NCBI GenBank assembly: GCA_038087875.1
Contig: CM075989.1
Coordinates: forward strand, 4,278,001-4,342,000
Length of the DNA: 64,000 nucleotides
Reading direction: 5' to 3'
Source of the DNA: Malacoraja senta
Lineage: Eukaryota
Positions 25,538 through 36,652 of the stretch are shown here, one piece after another (position 1 is the first letter of the stretch; each line of letters starts with the position of its first letter). The position numbers and the translations under genes are program-made. The notes under the pieces are model-generated. The model had not been told where the DNA came from and made no database searches. It saw only the letters and a program-made list of their open reading frames with translations.

Positions 25538-25744
25538 TATTTCCTTCGCTCCATAGATGCTGCTGCACCCGCTGAGTTTCTCCAGCATTTTTGTGTAACA
25601 TGGATAGGACAGGTTTGGAGGGATAAGGACCAAACATGGGCAGGTGGGACTAGTGTAGCTGGAACACATTGGCTGGTGTGGGCAAGTTGGGTTGAAGTGC
25701 CTGTTTCCACACAGTATCACTCCATGACTCTATAACTCTCTATC

Positions 25745-26010
25745 TATGATTACAATTGAGCCATCTGCAGTGTACAGATACATGATAAAGGGAATAACGT
25801 TTAGTGCAAGACTAAGTCTAGTAAAGTCCAATTAAAGATAATCCTAGATTCTCCAGTGAGTTACATAGTAGCTCAGGACCACTCTTAAGTTGTTGATAGG
25901 ATGGTTCAGCTGCCTGATAGCAGCTGGGAAGAAACTGTCCCTGAATCTGGAGGTGTGGGTTTCACACTTCGATACCTCTTGCCTGATGGGAGAGGGGAGA
26001 AGAGGAAGTG
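25745..26010 (-). mobile_element. Rex1-like LINE tail
   Basis: Minus-strand LFSPLPSGKRYRSV...FF motif. Confidence 0.6.
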
Positions 26011-26156
26011 GCTAGGGTGAGGAGGATGACAGAAAATGAAGAATTCAATTAAATTCATTCGAAATAACAGTGAATTTACAAATTGGCTACGAGAAACCAA
26101 AGAGTAGAAGAAGCAGTCCCAGATTTATCTGGACATTGCAACTTTGGTGCAAGATG

Positions 26157-26400
26157 GTTTAGTTTGGTTTAGTTTAGTTTAGAGATACAGCATGGAAACA
26201 GGCCCTTCAGTCCATCGAGTCCACAACATCCATCAACCACCCATTCACACTAGTTCAATGTTATCCCACTTTCTCATCGACCTCAAAGGTATATGGAAGA
26301 GAGACACAAAATACTACTGTTATTCAGCGGGACAGCCAGCATAAGTGGAGAGAAGGAATGGGTGACATTTCGGATCGAGACCCTTCTTGAGTCAGGGGAG
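26157..26400 (-). mobile_element. SINE tail plus pLTR fragment
   Basis: (tttag)n agatacagcatggaaacaggcccttc; later gtgacatttcggatcgagaccc. Confidence 0.7.
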
Positions 26401-26690
26401 AGGGCTGCGGTGTTTGGTTTGCCTGAAGAAGGGATGGCATGTAGCTCCAAATCCAAGTCAACTAACTAACGAAGTGTTATTATGTATCTAGGCTTTGCAG
26501 CGAGAAAAGTTGTACAACAGGAAATTAGAAAGCTGGAGTTAACATATCATCAAAGGCAGAGTCAGAATGAAATGAGGCCGCTATGGCATCTTTTGCATCA
26601 GCAGAAAAGGTAGAAGCAGCAGGATTTCCAGACAAAACTGCCAACAGATGATCAGCTTGTCAAAATGAAAGTCAAGACAACAGTGGATGT

Positions 26691-27150
26691 CACAGGTTGG
26701 TGACCTGTTTTTCTGGGGCTCCCGCAACTACAGCTGCGTCCGCTGGACTGGAGGGCGGCAGCTTCGGCAGCTTCGACCACCCCGGGCCGCGGAGTTTGAG
26801 CCGGCCCGTCGCGGAGCACGGATTCGGGCCGCGGAGTTTGAGCCGGCCCGTCGCGGAGCACGGATTCGGCCGCGGGACTGGCTTACCGTCGCCCGGCGGG
26901 GTCACAGCATCAGAAGCCTGGATCGCCTCAGCGCAGAGGGAGAACAAAGCGGGAAGAGACAGAGACTTTAAGACTTTTTGCCTCCATCACAGTGAGGAGG
27001 TGCCTGGTGAACTCACTGTGGTGGATGTTAATTTGTGTTTATTGTGTGTTTTGTCATTTATTATTATATGTATGACTGCAGGCAACGAAATTTCGTTCAG
27101 ACCGAAAGGTCTGAATGACAAATAAAGGAATCTCTAATCTCTAATCTCTA
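26691..27150 (+). mobile_element. Young GC-rich retroelement (SINE or LINE tail) with a 45-bp internal tandem duplication
   Basis: cgggccgcggagtttgagccggcccgtcgcggagcacggatt twice; AATAAA then (aatctct)n tail; atgt on both flanks. Confidence 0.65.
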
Positions 27151-27791
27151 ATGTTTCTATCGTGGAGATATCTACAGACGGAAAATCAGCCATTGACTTT
27201 GACAGAAACATCCTTAAGTTAAGACATAATTTTGGTGAAATATTGATGGTACCAGGTTAAATGTGAAGTGTCATGTGCCATGCTTAATAGTAAGATTAAA
27301 TGAGCTTACCAGTTTGAAGTTTGATCTTTATTTTATGAGGAGTTATGTTGAGGGATTACGTGAAGAACCCGCCAGCCCGCATGCGCGTCAATCTTCAAAG
27401 CAGCGGTGTGAAATCACAGATAACAGTTGTTGAACTAAACATAGTAAGATTAGAGAAAACTAGAATACCAGCTGACCTTTATGATAGAGGGTTGGAAGTG
27501 GAGGGCACGTAATCCCTCAACGTAACTCCTCATAAAATAAAGATCAAACTTCAAACTGGTAAGTTCTCGTTTAATCTTACCATTTTACTTCGGAGTCACG
27601 TGAGTGACTACGTGAAGATTTCAAAGCTCTGTGATTTTATGCCATGGAAACGAGTCCATGCGTCACACAGTGTGTTAATGGACCAAGGAGGAGTGAAACT
27701 ACAATGCATTCAGACATGACATAGTTTTAAAGCAGGCTGATGCTTTTATTTACAAAAATAAATAATAATGACCCCTAACACTCGGGGTAAA

Positions 27792-28694
27792 TTATAAGAC
27801 AGAATTTAAAATAGAATCCGCAAACACCCCTGGCTTGGCAATGGGTTTGTCATAGAATATCTGAAAAGTTCTTTCATTAGACCATCCTGCCGCCACAAGG
27901 ATGTGGTCCGTAGGAACTTCCAACCCTTTCGCTGCCGATGTCGATGCAGCACTAGTGGAGTGAGATTTAAAAACATCAGTGTCCACACCTGCACAAGCCA
28001 ACACCTGTCTTAGCCACCTTGAGATGGTTTGCACTGACACCCCTCTGTGAGGTTTCTTATGACTGATAAATAAAGCCAATTCAGTGCCTCTGAGGTTTTT
28101 TGTGACCTTGATATATTGTAGCAAATGGGTGACTACACATAAACGAAGGTCCACGGGATATGCTACGAATTCCAATCTGAGACCTGACGCCCCTGGTCTG
28201 CTCTGCTTAATTAATTCATACACGTTAAAAGTTATTTTATTGGCAGATGTTATCATTGTGTCCAGTCGCAATTTATGTAGTGACTGGACCCGTTGTGCGG
28301 AAACTAGCACCATAAGCATAACTACTTTAAAAGTCAGCTTGACCAGTGACAGGGATGTTGCTGGAGCCCACCCCCGAAGCAGCGTCAGTACAATGCTTAC
28401 ATCCCAAATCTTGGAGTACCTAGACCTGGGAGGATTGGTGTTAAAAATACCCTTCATTAGTCTTGACACCAGTGGGTGAGACCCAACAGCGTGGTGTCCC
28501 AACCCTAGCCATAAATATGATGATAGTGCACTTCTGGCACAATTGATGGCACTGTAACTCAGTCCTTCATCAAAATAAAGACTGGACGAAAACTCTAACA
28601 CATCTGTCACACGTGCTGTGTTATACATGATGTTAGACCATGAGCAGAACTGGAGCATGTCATGCTGGAGCATTTTCTCCATTAAACGCTCCAT
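27792..28694 (-). CDS. DIRS tyrosine recombinase (HxxR arginine altered to Ser)
   Basis: SAINCARSALS, HPLVSRLMKG, WDVSIVL, SAQRVQSL, LCVV, HSTSAAS, AGWS...FQIFY. Confidence 0.9.
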   Translation of the reverse strand: MERLMEKMLQHDMLQFCSWSNIMYNTARVTDVLEFSSSLYFDEGLSYSAINCARSALSSYLWLGLGHHAVGSHPLVSRLMKGIFNTNPPRSRYSKIWDVSIVLTLLRGWAPATSLSLVKLTFKVVMLMVLVSAQRVQSLHKLRLDTMITSANKITFNVYELIKQSRPGASGLRLEFVAYPVDLRLCVVTHLLQYIKVTKNLRGTELALFISHKKPHRGVSVQTISRWLRQVLACAGVDTDVFKSHSTSAASTSAAKGLEVPTDHILVAAGWSNERTFQIFYDKPIAKPGVFADSILNSVL

Positions 28695-28967
28695 TCAAGA
28701 TAACCGCCCTAGGGCGCTATCTGCCGAGGGAGATGAGTCTTCCCAGCCTGACTCACCCGAGTCCACAGGCCTATCCGATTTGTGTTTGGATTTACCCCCT
28801 TTCTGGGAAACCACCGCTGATTCTAAAGGGACCAAGTCGGAGGTCACTGACCATATTGTCAGCGACTCAGGTGGAGAATTCGACCGCCGCTGGCTGCCCG
28901 CACTCCTGCGGTCCTCCGTAGCCTGTTTTGCCGCGGTCCGTTTGGACTTAGCCCTTAATTTTTCCAT
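28695..28967 (-). pseudogene. Gag-like N-terminal segment, same frame as the YR ORF, separated by one TGA
   Basis: Basic Ser-rich 90 aa; minus strand reads TCT TGA ATG GAG. Confidence 0.6.
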
Positions 28968-30279
28968 AGAGACTGGAAATCCAATGTTCTGTAAATGAAA
29001 TTGCAGAACAAAACGACCTCAGAATAAGTGAAACTTACCTGGAGGGCCTTTTTAAACTTACCGCTGTATGAGCAACGCGCCTACCAGCCGGTTGCTGCGC
29101 CATGCGTTAGACGATATGACGTGCATGCGGGCTGGTGGGTTCTTCACGTAGTCACTCACGTGACTCCGAAGTAAAACAGTGTTTAGAATTGCTTATGATT
29201 GCTGCCGGCTACACAGTGTAACCACCATTACTGTGGCCACCATTACTGCGCTAGGGTTGGTGGGGAAAACCAAGGGTCTATAAGCAGCCTTGTTTACTGT
29301 TCAAGCAGAATTTTCATTGAAGCTACAACATAAAGATTCTGAAGTCATTAAATGAAAAACTGATCTTTACCTTCTAGTAGACAGACACAAAATGCTGGAG
29401 TCACTCAGCGGGTCAGGCAGAATCTCTGGAGAGAAGAAATGGGTGTAGGTAAGGTTTTGGGTCAGACTGAAGAAGGTCTGAAGAAGGGTCTCGACCTGAA
29501 ACATCACCATCCTTCTATCCAGAGATGCTGCCTGTGCCGTTGAGACCTGGGACACTATGCACATTATTACTAAATTCTTTATAATCCTTAAAAAGCTTGT
29601 CATTACTTGGTCAATATACAAAGCTACAGCCTTCGTATTGACCATGTTGGTTGCATGTCCATGCTTACTCCAACCACTGAGACACGTGCGGTCAAGATCA
29701 AGCTCGGGCCTCTGGCACTGTGAGGCAGCAACTCTACCAGCTGTGCCTCTGTGCCATCCTTAACTGCTGGAGGTTGAAACCACTGGATGACTCGCCACAT
29801 TTTGCAAGTTGTGCACAGCTCCAGAATGTAACACCCCCACAGTATCTTAGCAAATACTTAAATTTAAAGTATTATCCAATTACTTTCTCTGTCCTTACTT
29901 ACATTGAGCTCCTAATTACTTCCTCTGTTTTATTTTGTCCATATTAACAGAGCAGGCTTATCCTCTAGACTTATCCAATTGCAATGTAAATTCTCAAGTT
30001 TATCGGTTAATCTTTTAAGCCTGTCTTTAATAGATCCACACCACAAAGCAGTCCCTCTCTCTTCCATCCCACTAATTGCCTGTTGCTACCTGTCTAAACA
30101 TCCCTGCAACATTAAAGAGAATTAAACACAAACTACAACTTGAAAAGACAATATGTTCTTATGCTCTCCCTGTCTCTCAAAAGAGTTTCAGTTTAGCTTA
30201 TTGTCACGTGTACCGAGGTACAGGGAAAAGCTTTTGTGGCGTGCTATCCAGTCAGCGGAAAGACAATACATTGATTATT

Positions 30280-30785
30280 AGTTTAGTTTAGAGATACAGC
30301 GCGGAAACAGGTCCTTCGGCCCACCGAATCCGCACCGACCAGTGATCCCCACACATTAAACACCATCCTACACACACTAGGGATAATGTTTTTACATTTA
30401 TGTCAAACCAATTAACCTACAAACCTGAGGTACACAAAAATGCTGGAGAAACTCAGCGGGTGCAGCAGCATCTATGGAGCGAAGGAAATAGGCGACGTTT
30501 CGGGCCCCGAAACGTTGCCTATTTCCTTCGCTCCATAGATGCTGCTGCACCCGCTGAGTTTCTCCAGCATTTTTGTATACCTTCGATTTTCCAGCATCTG
30601 CAGTTCCTTCTTTAACACAACCTACAAACCTGCACGTCTTTTGAGTGTGGGAGGAAATCAAAGGTGTTGGAGAAAACCCACGCGGTCACGGGGAGAACGT
30701 ACCATCTCTGTACAGACAGCACCCGTAGTCAGGATGGAACACGAGTTGTAATAGGCTTCAACTCTACCGCTACGCCACCGCACCG
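30280..30785 (-). mobile_element. V-SINE (HE1-like) interrupted by a pLTR pair
   Basis: SINE tail, core and head in reverse complement. Confidence 0.85.
30428..30618. mobile_element. Young near-perfect palindromic pLTR pair with 14-bp TSD
   Basis: aacctacaaacctg at 30414-30427 and 30619-30632. Confidence 0.9.
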
Positions 30786-31451
30786 CTCTTCAATACTTTT
30801 GCATGACCACTTTAAAACAAACAGCACATAGGATAAATGCAGAACTCTTTTCCCATGGTGGATATGTCTGAGATTAGAGGGGATCGATTTAAGGTGAATG
30901 GAGCAAATGTTGAAGGAGGTGGGCAGGGCAAGTTAGTTGCCACTGGGGGGATGACTTGCCACAGTCTGCAAGTTGTGCGCAGCTCCTGAATATAACTCTG
31001 TAACAGGTGGATGCCCAGTTGGCCAAAGTTGGATTATTTTCGCTGGAGAGTTTCACTTTTTGCTGAGGGGGAGAAGTATATCTAATTATGAGTAGGTAGA
31101 CAAAAATGCTGGAGAAACTCAGCGGGTGAGGCAGCATCTATGGAGCGAAGGGATAGGTGATGTTTCGGGTCGAGACCCTTCTTCAGACTCAATTATAAGA
31201 GGCATGGATGAGGTAGACAATCAGAACATTTTTCCGAGGGAGGAAAAGTGGACATGTCTTTAAATTGGGATGGAGTAAAGTTTAAAGGAGATGTGCAGGG
31301 CATGTTTTTTTATACAGAGGGTGGTGGGTGCCTGACCCTGCCAGGGTGGCAAATACAATAGTGGCATTTAAAAGGCTTCTGGATAGGTACATAGATATGC
31401 AGGAAATGGATGAATATGGATCTCATGCAAGGGATTACTTTATCTTGTCAT

Positions 31452-32605
31452 CATGCTGGAGTAACTCAGCGGGTGAGGCAGCGTCTCTGGGGACAAGGAA
31501 TGGGCGACGTTTTGGGTTGAGACCCTTCTTCAGACTGATGTCAGGGGTGGGGACGGGACAACGACAGAATGTAGGTGGAGACAGTAAGACTTGTGGGCGA
31601 CCTGGGAAGGGGAATGGGATGGAGAGAGAGGTCTATGTTCATACCGCTGGGGTGTAAACTACCCAAGCGAAATATGAGGTGCTGTTCCTCCAATTTGCGC
31701 TGGGCTGCACTCTGACAATGGAGGAGGGAAATGGGTCAGATTGGGAATGGGAGGTAGAGTTGAAGTGCTGAGCCACCGGGAGATCAGGGAGGTTAAGACA
31801 GACTGAGCAGAGGTGTTCAGCAAAACGATCGGCGAGCCTGCGCTTGGTCTCACCGATGTGGTCTCAGGAGAAGTTGACACCTGGAACAGCGGATACAGTA
31901 GATGAGGTTGGAGGAGGTGCAAGTGAACCTCTGCCTTACCTGGAAAGATTGTTTGGATCTTGGATGGAGTCGAGGGGGGAGGTAAAGGGACAGGTGTTGC
32001 ATCTCCTGCGGTTGCAGGGGAAAGTACCTGGGGAGGGGGTGGTGTGGGTGGGAAGGGATGAGTTGTCCAGGGAGTTTTGGAGGAACAGTCTCTGTGGAAA
32101 GCAGAAAGGGGTGGAGATGGGAAAATGTGGCCAGTAGTGGGATCCCGTTGGAGGTGGCAAAAGTGTTGGAGGATTATATGTTGTATGCGACGGCTGATGG
32201 GGTGGAAGGTGAGGACAAGGAGGACTCTGTCCTTGTTATGAATGGGGGGAGGGGTAGTAAGAACGGAGATGCGGGATATCGAGGAGACCCTGGTGAGAGC
32301 CTCATCTATAATGGAAGAGGGAACCCCCGTTTCCTAAAGAATGAGGACATCACCGATGCCTTGGTATAGAACACCTCATCCTGAGCGCAGATGCGGCGTA
32401 GACAGAGAAATTGGGAGTAGGGGTAGAGTCTTTACAGGAAGCAGGGTGGGAAGAAGTGTAGTCAAGATAGCCATGGTGAGTCAGTAGGTTTGTAGAAGAT
32501 GTCGGTGAAAAGTCTGTTTCCTGTGATGGAGACGGTGAGATCTAGAAACAGTAGGGAGATGTCGGCGATGATCCAAGTGAATTTGAGTGTCGGATGGAAA
32601 TTAGT
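31452..32605 (-). mobile_element. Older degenerate Penelope-like element (RT end, GIY-YIG, pLTR)
   Basis: SSLPTHTTPSPGTFPCNRRRCNTCPFTSP matches the 24119-25390 ORF; frameshifted. Confidence 0.9.
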
Positions 32606-33049
32606 TTCAGTTTTGATCGTGCCACGACATCTTCCTCACCATTCATGTTACAGGTGCAAGTAGAAAGAAAGAAGGTACCATTACTAATGGCCCATTCCTG
32701 ATCAGAACAGAGTGCAGGTGCAGCCAGGTCCCATCCCTACACTGCACCCCAATAGCAATCAAATCCCAAGAGCAGTCGAGTTCCTGGAAGACTGGAGAGA
32801 ATAGCAGTCGGAAAAAGCCAGGAAGCAACGGACCAGTGAACCCTAAGTCTGTAGTGGGTGGGGGAAAGGGACTGTTTCTGTTCTGTATGACTATGATTTA
32901 TGCAAGTCCATTTCTGGCAGTCATTAAAAATATAAATGAGTGCTTCCGCTAGATTCAGGTCTAAATCTAGCTCAAGGGAAACATGCTATTGGTTTTGTGT
33001 TGAACACCATTCTTCACATTGCCCCAAAGAATGGAACCATAAAGAATGG

Positions 33050-33790
33050 TTCGGCTGGGCTTGTATTCACAGGAATTTTGAAGGATGAGGGGGGATCTTA
33101 TAGAAACATATAAAATTCTTAAGGGATTGGACAGGCTAGATGCAGGAAAAATGTTCCCCATGTTGGGCGAGTCCAGAACCGGGGGTCACAGTTTAAGAAT
33201 AAGGGTTAGGTCATTTAAGACTGACAATAGACAATAGACAATAGGGGCAGGAGTAGGCCATTCAACCCTTCGAGCCAGCACCACCATTCAATGTGATCAT
33301 GGTTGATCACCCCAATCAGTACCCCGTTCCTGCCTTCTCCCCATATCCCCTGACTCTGCTATCTTTAAGAGCCCTATCTAGCTCTCTCTTGAAAGTATCC
33401 AGAGAACCAGCCTCCACCGCCCTCTGAGGCAGAGAATTCCACAGACTCACAACTCTCCGTGTGAAAAAGTGTTTCCTCATCTCCGTTCTAACTGGCTTAC
33501 CCCTTATTCTTAAACTGTGGCCCCTGGTTCTGGAACATGTTTCCTTAAACTGAGATGAGGAAAAACGTTTTCAGCCAGAGAGTTGTGAATTTGTGGAATT
33601 CTCTACCACAGAAAGTGGTGGAGGCCAATTGACTGGTAGTATTCAAGAGAAAGTTAGATATAGCTCTTTGGGCTAATGGAGAAAGCAGGAATGGGATACT
33701 GATTCTGGATGATCTGCCATGATCATATTGAATGGCGGTGCTGGCTCGAAGGACCGAATGGCCTACTCCTGCACCTATTGTCTATGTTTC
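33050..33790. mobile_element. CR1 tail (+) with a nested CR1 tail (-, about 33224-33545)
   Basis: Both tails match the 15388-15740 family. Confidence 0.85.
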
Positions 33791-33824
33791 TAATTCCTGA
33801 ATTTTATACCAGCTTTGGTCTAGA

Positions 33825-34240
33825 GTTAGACACAAAATGCTGGAGCAACAGGCAGCATCTCTGGGAGAGTCAGTCTGAGAGTCAGGGGAGAGGGAAACTA
33901 GAGATATAGAAGGTACAAAGGGAACGTAAGGTGCGAAAAGGACAGATCAAAGCAGATGGTGATCGAGGAAATGTAGAATGGTTCATTGTACGAAGCATAA
34001 AAATAGTAAAATTAATCAGGACAGTGAAACTAGTAGGAGAACTAGGGTGGGGAGGGACAGAGAGAGAGGGAAAGCAAGGGTTAATTGAAGTTAGAGAAAT
34101 CAATGTCATACCGCTGGGGTGAAAGCTGCCCAAGCAAAATATGAGGTGCTGCTCCTCCAATTTGCATTTGGCCTCACTCTGACAGTGGTGGAGGCCCAGG
34201 ACAGAAAGGTCAGTGTGGGAATGGGAGGGGGAGTTACCAA
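33825..34240 (-). mobile_element. Penelope-like 3' fragment
   Basis: SPSHSHTDLSVLGLHHCQSEAKCKLEEQHLIFCLG, the GIY-YIG C-terminus. Confidence 0.85.
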
Positions 34241-34867
34241 ACAAGTCAAGACTGTGTAATAGTCAAATGTCCCAACAACGGAAAAATGAAATTCTTACTT
34301 GCAGCAGCATTACAGGCTTGCAAACACATTATACATAGATCATATAGGATATCAATTTGGGCTTTGATGTTGACTCTACTTTGTCACCTTTCTCCCTTAT
34401 AGAGTCATAGTCATGGGCACAGAAACAGGCCCTTCGGCCCAACGTGCCCATGCTGAATAAAATGCCCATCCACGCTAGTCCCACCTTTGAGTTTTCCTCA
34501 TATGCCTCTAAACCTTTCCTATTCCTGTGTCTGTCCTACTGTCTCTTAAATGGTGTTATCCCATGTCTAAAATCCTATTTCCTTCATCCCGAAAGTATTC
34601 TTTTACAAAACTCCAACATCCCTCTGAGGTAGAAATCTAGATCAATTATAACTGTCGAGTGAGAACATTTGTCCTCATCTTGGAGCTAAAAGACAACTGC
34701 GTTTGTTGGAACTGGAAACACTTCAGCCAAGAAAACACCTCCCCATCAAACCCACCGAGCGGGCCAAGTGACTCGATGAGATCGACTTTCGTTATTCTAA
34801 ACTCTAACGTGAATCCATTGCGCTTCATCTTCCTCCTAAGAACCCTCTCATTCCTGAATCAATTAAG

Positions 34868-35178
34868 GGGCTGCATGGTGGGGCAGCGGTAGAGTTGCTG
34901 CTTTGCAGCGCCAGGGACCCCGGGTTCGATCCTGACTACGGGTGCTGCCTGTACAGAGTTTGTACATTCTCCCTGTGACTGCAAGGGTTTTCTTCCGGGT
35001 GATCCGGTTCCCTCCCACATTGCAAAGATGTACAGCTTTGTAGGTAAATTGGCGTTGGTAAAATTGTAAATTGTCCCTAGTGTGTAGGATAGTGCGAGTG
35101 TACGGGGATCGCTGGTCGGCGTGGACTCGTCAGGCCGAAGGGCCTGTTTCCGCGCTGTTTCTCTAAACCTAAACTAAA
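34868..35178 (+). mobile_element. V-SINE (HE1-like), full length
   Basis: tRNA-like head with B box GGTTCGATCC, V-domain-like core, CR1-like tail. Confidence 0.88.
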
Positions 35179-35444
35179 GTGAATCTTTTTTTGCACTCCT
35201 TGCAAATATACCCTACCACTGGTAAGGTGACAAATCCTATACACATCCTCCAGATGCATTTTTATTTAACCATTATACGGCAGCAACCTTGCAATAAAGG
35301 TCACTGGACCAATGCTTTTCTAACGCTCGCTGTGCATGTGTGTTAGCTTACCGTGATGCATATACAAGGACTCCCAAACACTCTGAGTCAGGATAGCATG
35401 AGAAATCTTTAAAGGCTAATAAAAAGGGCAGTTATTGAGATCCA

Positions 35445-35955
35445 AATGTGTGGAAGGACATTCTTGCTATTGAGGGAGTGAAGCGTAGGTTCACAAGGTT
35501 AATTTCCGGGATGGCGGGACTGTCAAACGTTGACAGAATGGAGCAGCTGGGCTTGTATACTCTGGAATTTAGAAGGATGAGAGGGAATCTTATTGAAACA
35601 TGTAAGATTATTAAGGGTTTGGACACGCTAGAGGCAGGAAGCATGTTCCCGATGTTGGGGGAGTCCAGAACCAGGGGTAAGCCATTTAGAACGGAGATGA
35701 GGAAAAACTTTTTCACATAGAGGGTTGTGAATCTGTGGAATTCTCTGCCTTAGAAGGTACTGGAGGCCAATTATCTGTCTGTTTTCAAGAGAGAGTTGGA
35801 TAGATCTCTTAAAGATAGCGGTCAAGGGATATGGGGAAAAGGCAGGAACGGGGTACTGAGTGTGGATGATCAGCCATGATCACAGTGAATGGCGGTGCTG
35901 GTTCGAAGGGCCGAATGGCCTATGCCTGCACCTATTGTCTATTGTCTATTGTCTA
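35445..35955 (+). mobile_element. CR1 3' end
   Basis: KDILAIEGVKRRFTRLISGM...LEFRRMRG; (ctattgt)n tail. Confidence 0.9.
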
Positions 35956-36472
35956 ATATTAAAAATGTGATTGATTGAAGTGCGATTAAAGACATAACAG
36001 ATGGACTGTTGAAGTGGTGGCAGTGAAGCAGAGATAGAAACAAGACTAAACAGCGGCTAATGAAGAATGACCTGGGGTTAAAAAAAAGACAAGAAGTACT
36101 GGAGTAATTCAGCGGATCAAGCAGCATCTCGGAGAGTATGGGTAGGTGATGTTTCGGGTCAGGACCCTTCTTCAGACTGTGTGGGATGGAGGTGAAGAAT
36201 GCTGGAAGTGCCTCGACAATCTTTGAGGACCACATCTGCTGTCAGATAGTCTTTTTCTTTGCCAATTAAACATCTTTTCTCTTCCTGATCAATTTCTGGG
36301 TTACTCTCCAGCTAAACCTTAAAATGCTCCCAATTATCAGTCTTGCTATTTTTTCCAGCAAGTTTACATGCTTTTTCCTTAGATGGAATGCTTTCTTTAT
36401 ATTTATCTTGTATTCCATTGTCGGGCCCCTTTTCATGTTGTAGTTTGTGTCTTGAAAGAAGATATATTCAGT

Positions 36473-36652
36473 TTAACTCAGCGGGACAGGCAGCATCTCT
36501 GGAGGAGGAATGAGTGACGTTTCGGGTCGAGACCCTTCTTCAAACCCAAAAGCTCTCAACCTGAAACGTCGCCCATTCCTTCTCTCCAGAGATGCTGCCT
36601 GACCCACTGAGTTACTCCAGCATTTTCCGTCTATCGTTGGTTTAAACCAGCA
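36473..36652. mobile_element. Inverted pLTR pair (similar pair at 37148-37292)
   Basis: Family motif fold-back. Confidence 0.8.

Larger units (their letters stand above)
24021..25597 (+). mobile_element. Young 5'-truncated Penelope-like element with inverted 5' pLTR and 14-bp TSD
   Basis: 24023-24118 is an inverted pLTR copy; RT-EN ORF; 3' pLTR; TSD at 24007-24020 and 25598-25611. Confidence 0.95.
23720..25735 (+). mobile_element. CR1 3' end split by the Penelope insertion
   Basis: CR1 tail 23720-24020 resumes at 25598 after a duplicated acatggataggaca. Confidence 0.85.
27286..29176 (-). mobile_element. DIRS-type tyrosine-recombinase retrotransposon, non-autonomous (no RT/RNase H)
   Basis: ITRs 27357-27390 and 29117-29150; ICR 27506-27618 complementary to both outer termini; minus strand starts TTTT; YR ORF. 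Confidence 0.92.

Noticed and set aside
27792..28694. Phage integrase, bacterial contamination or Crypton interpretation of the YR ORF
   Set aside because: The ITR plus ICR architecture and motif style are DIRS-type, and the flanks are vertebrate repeats.
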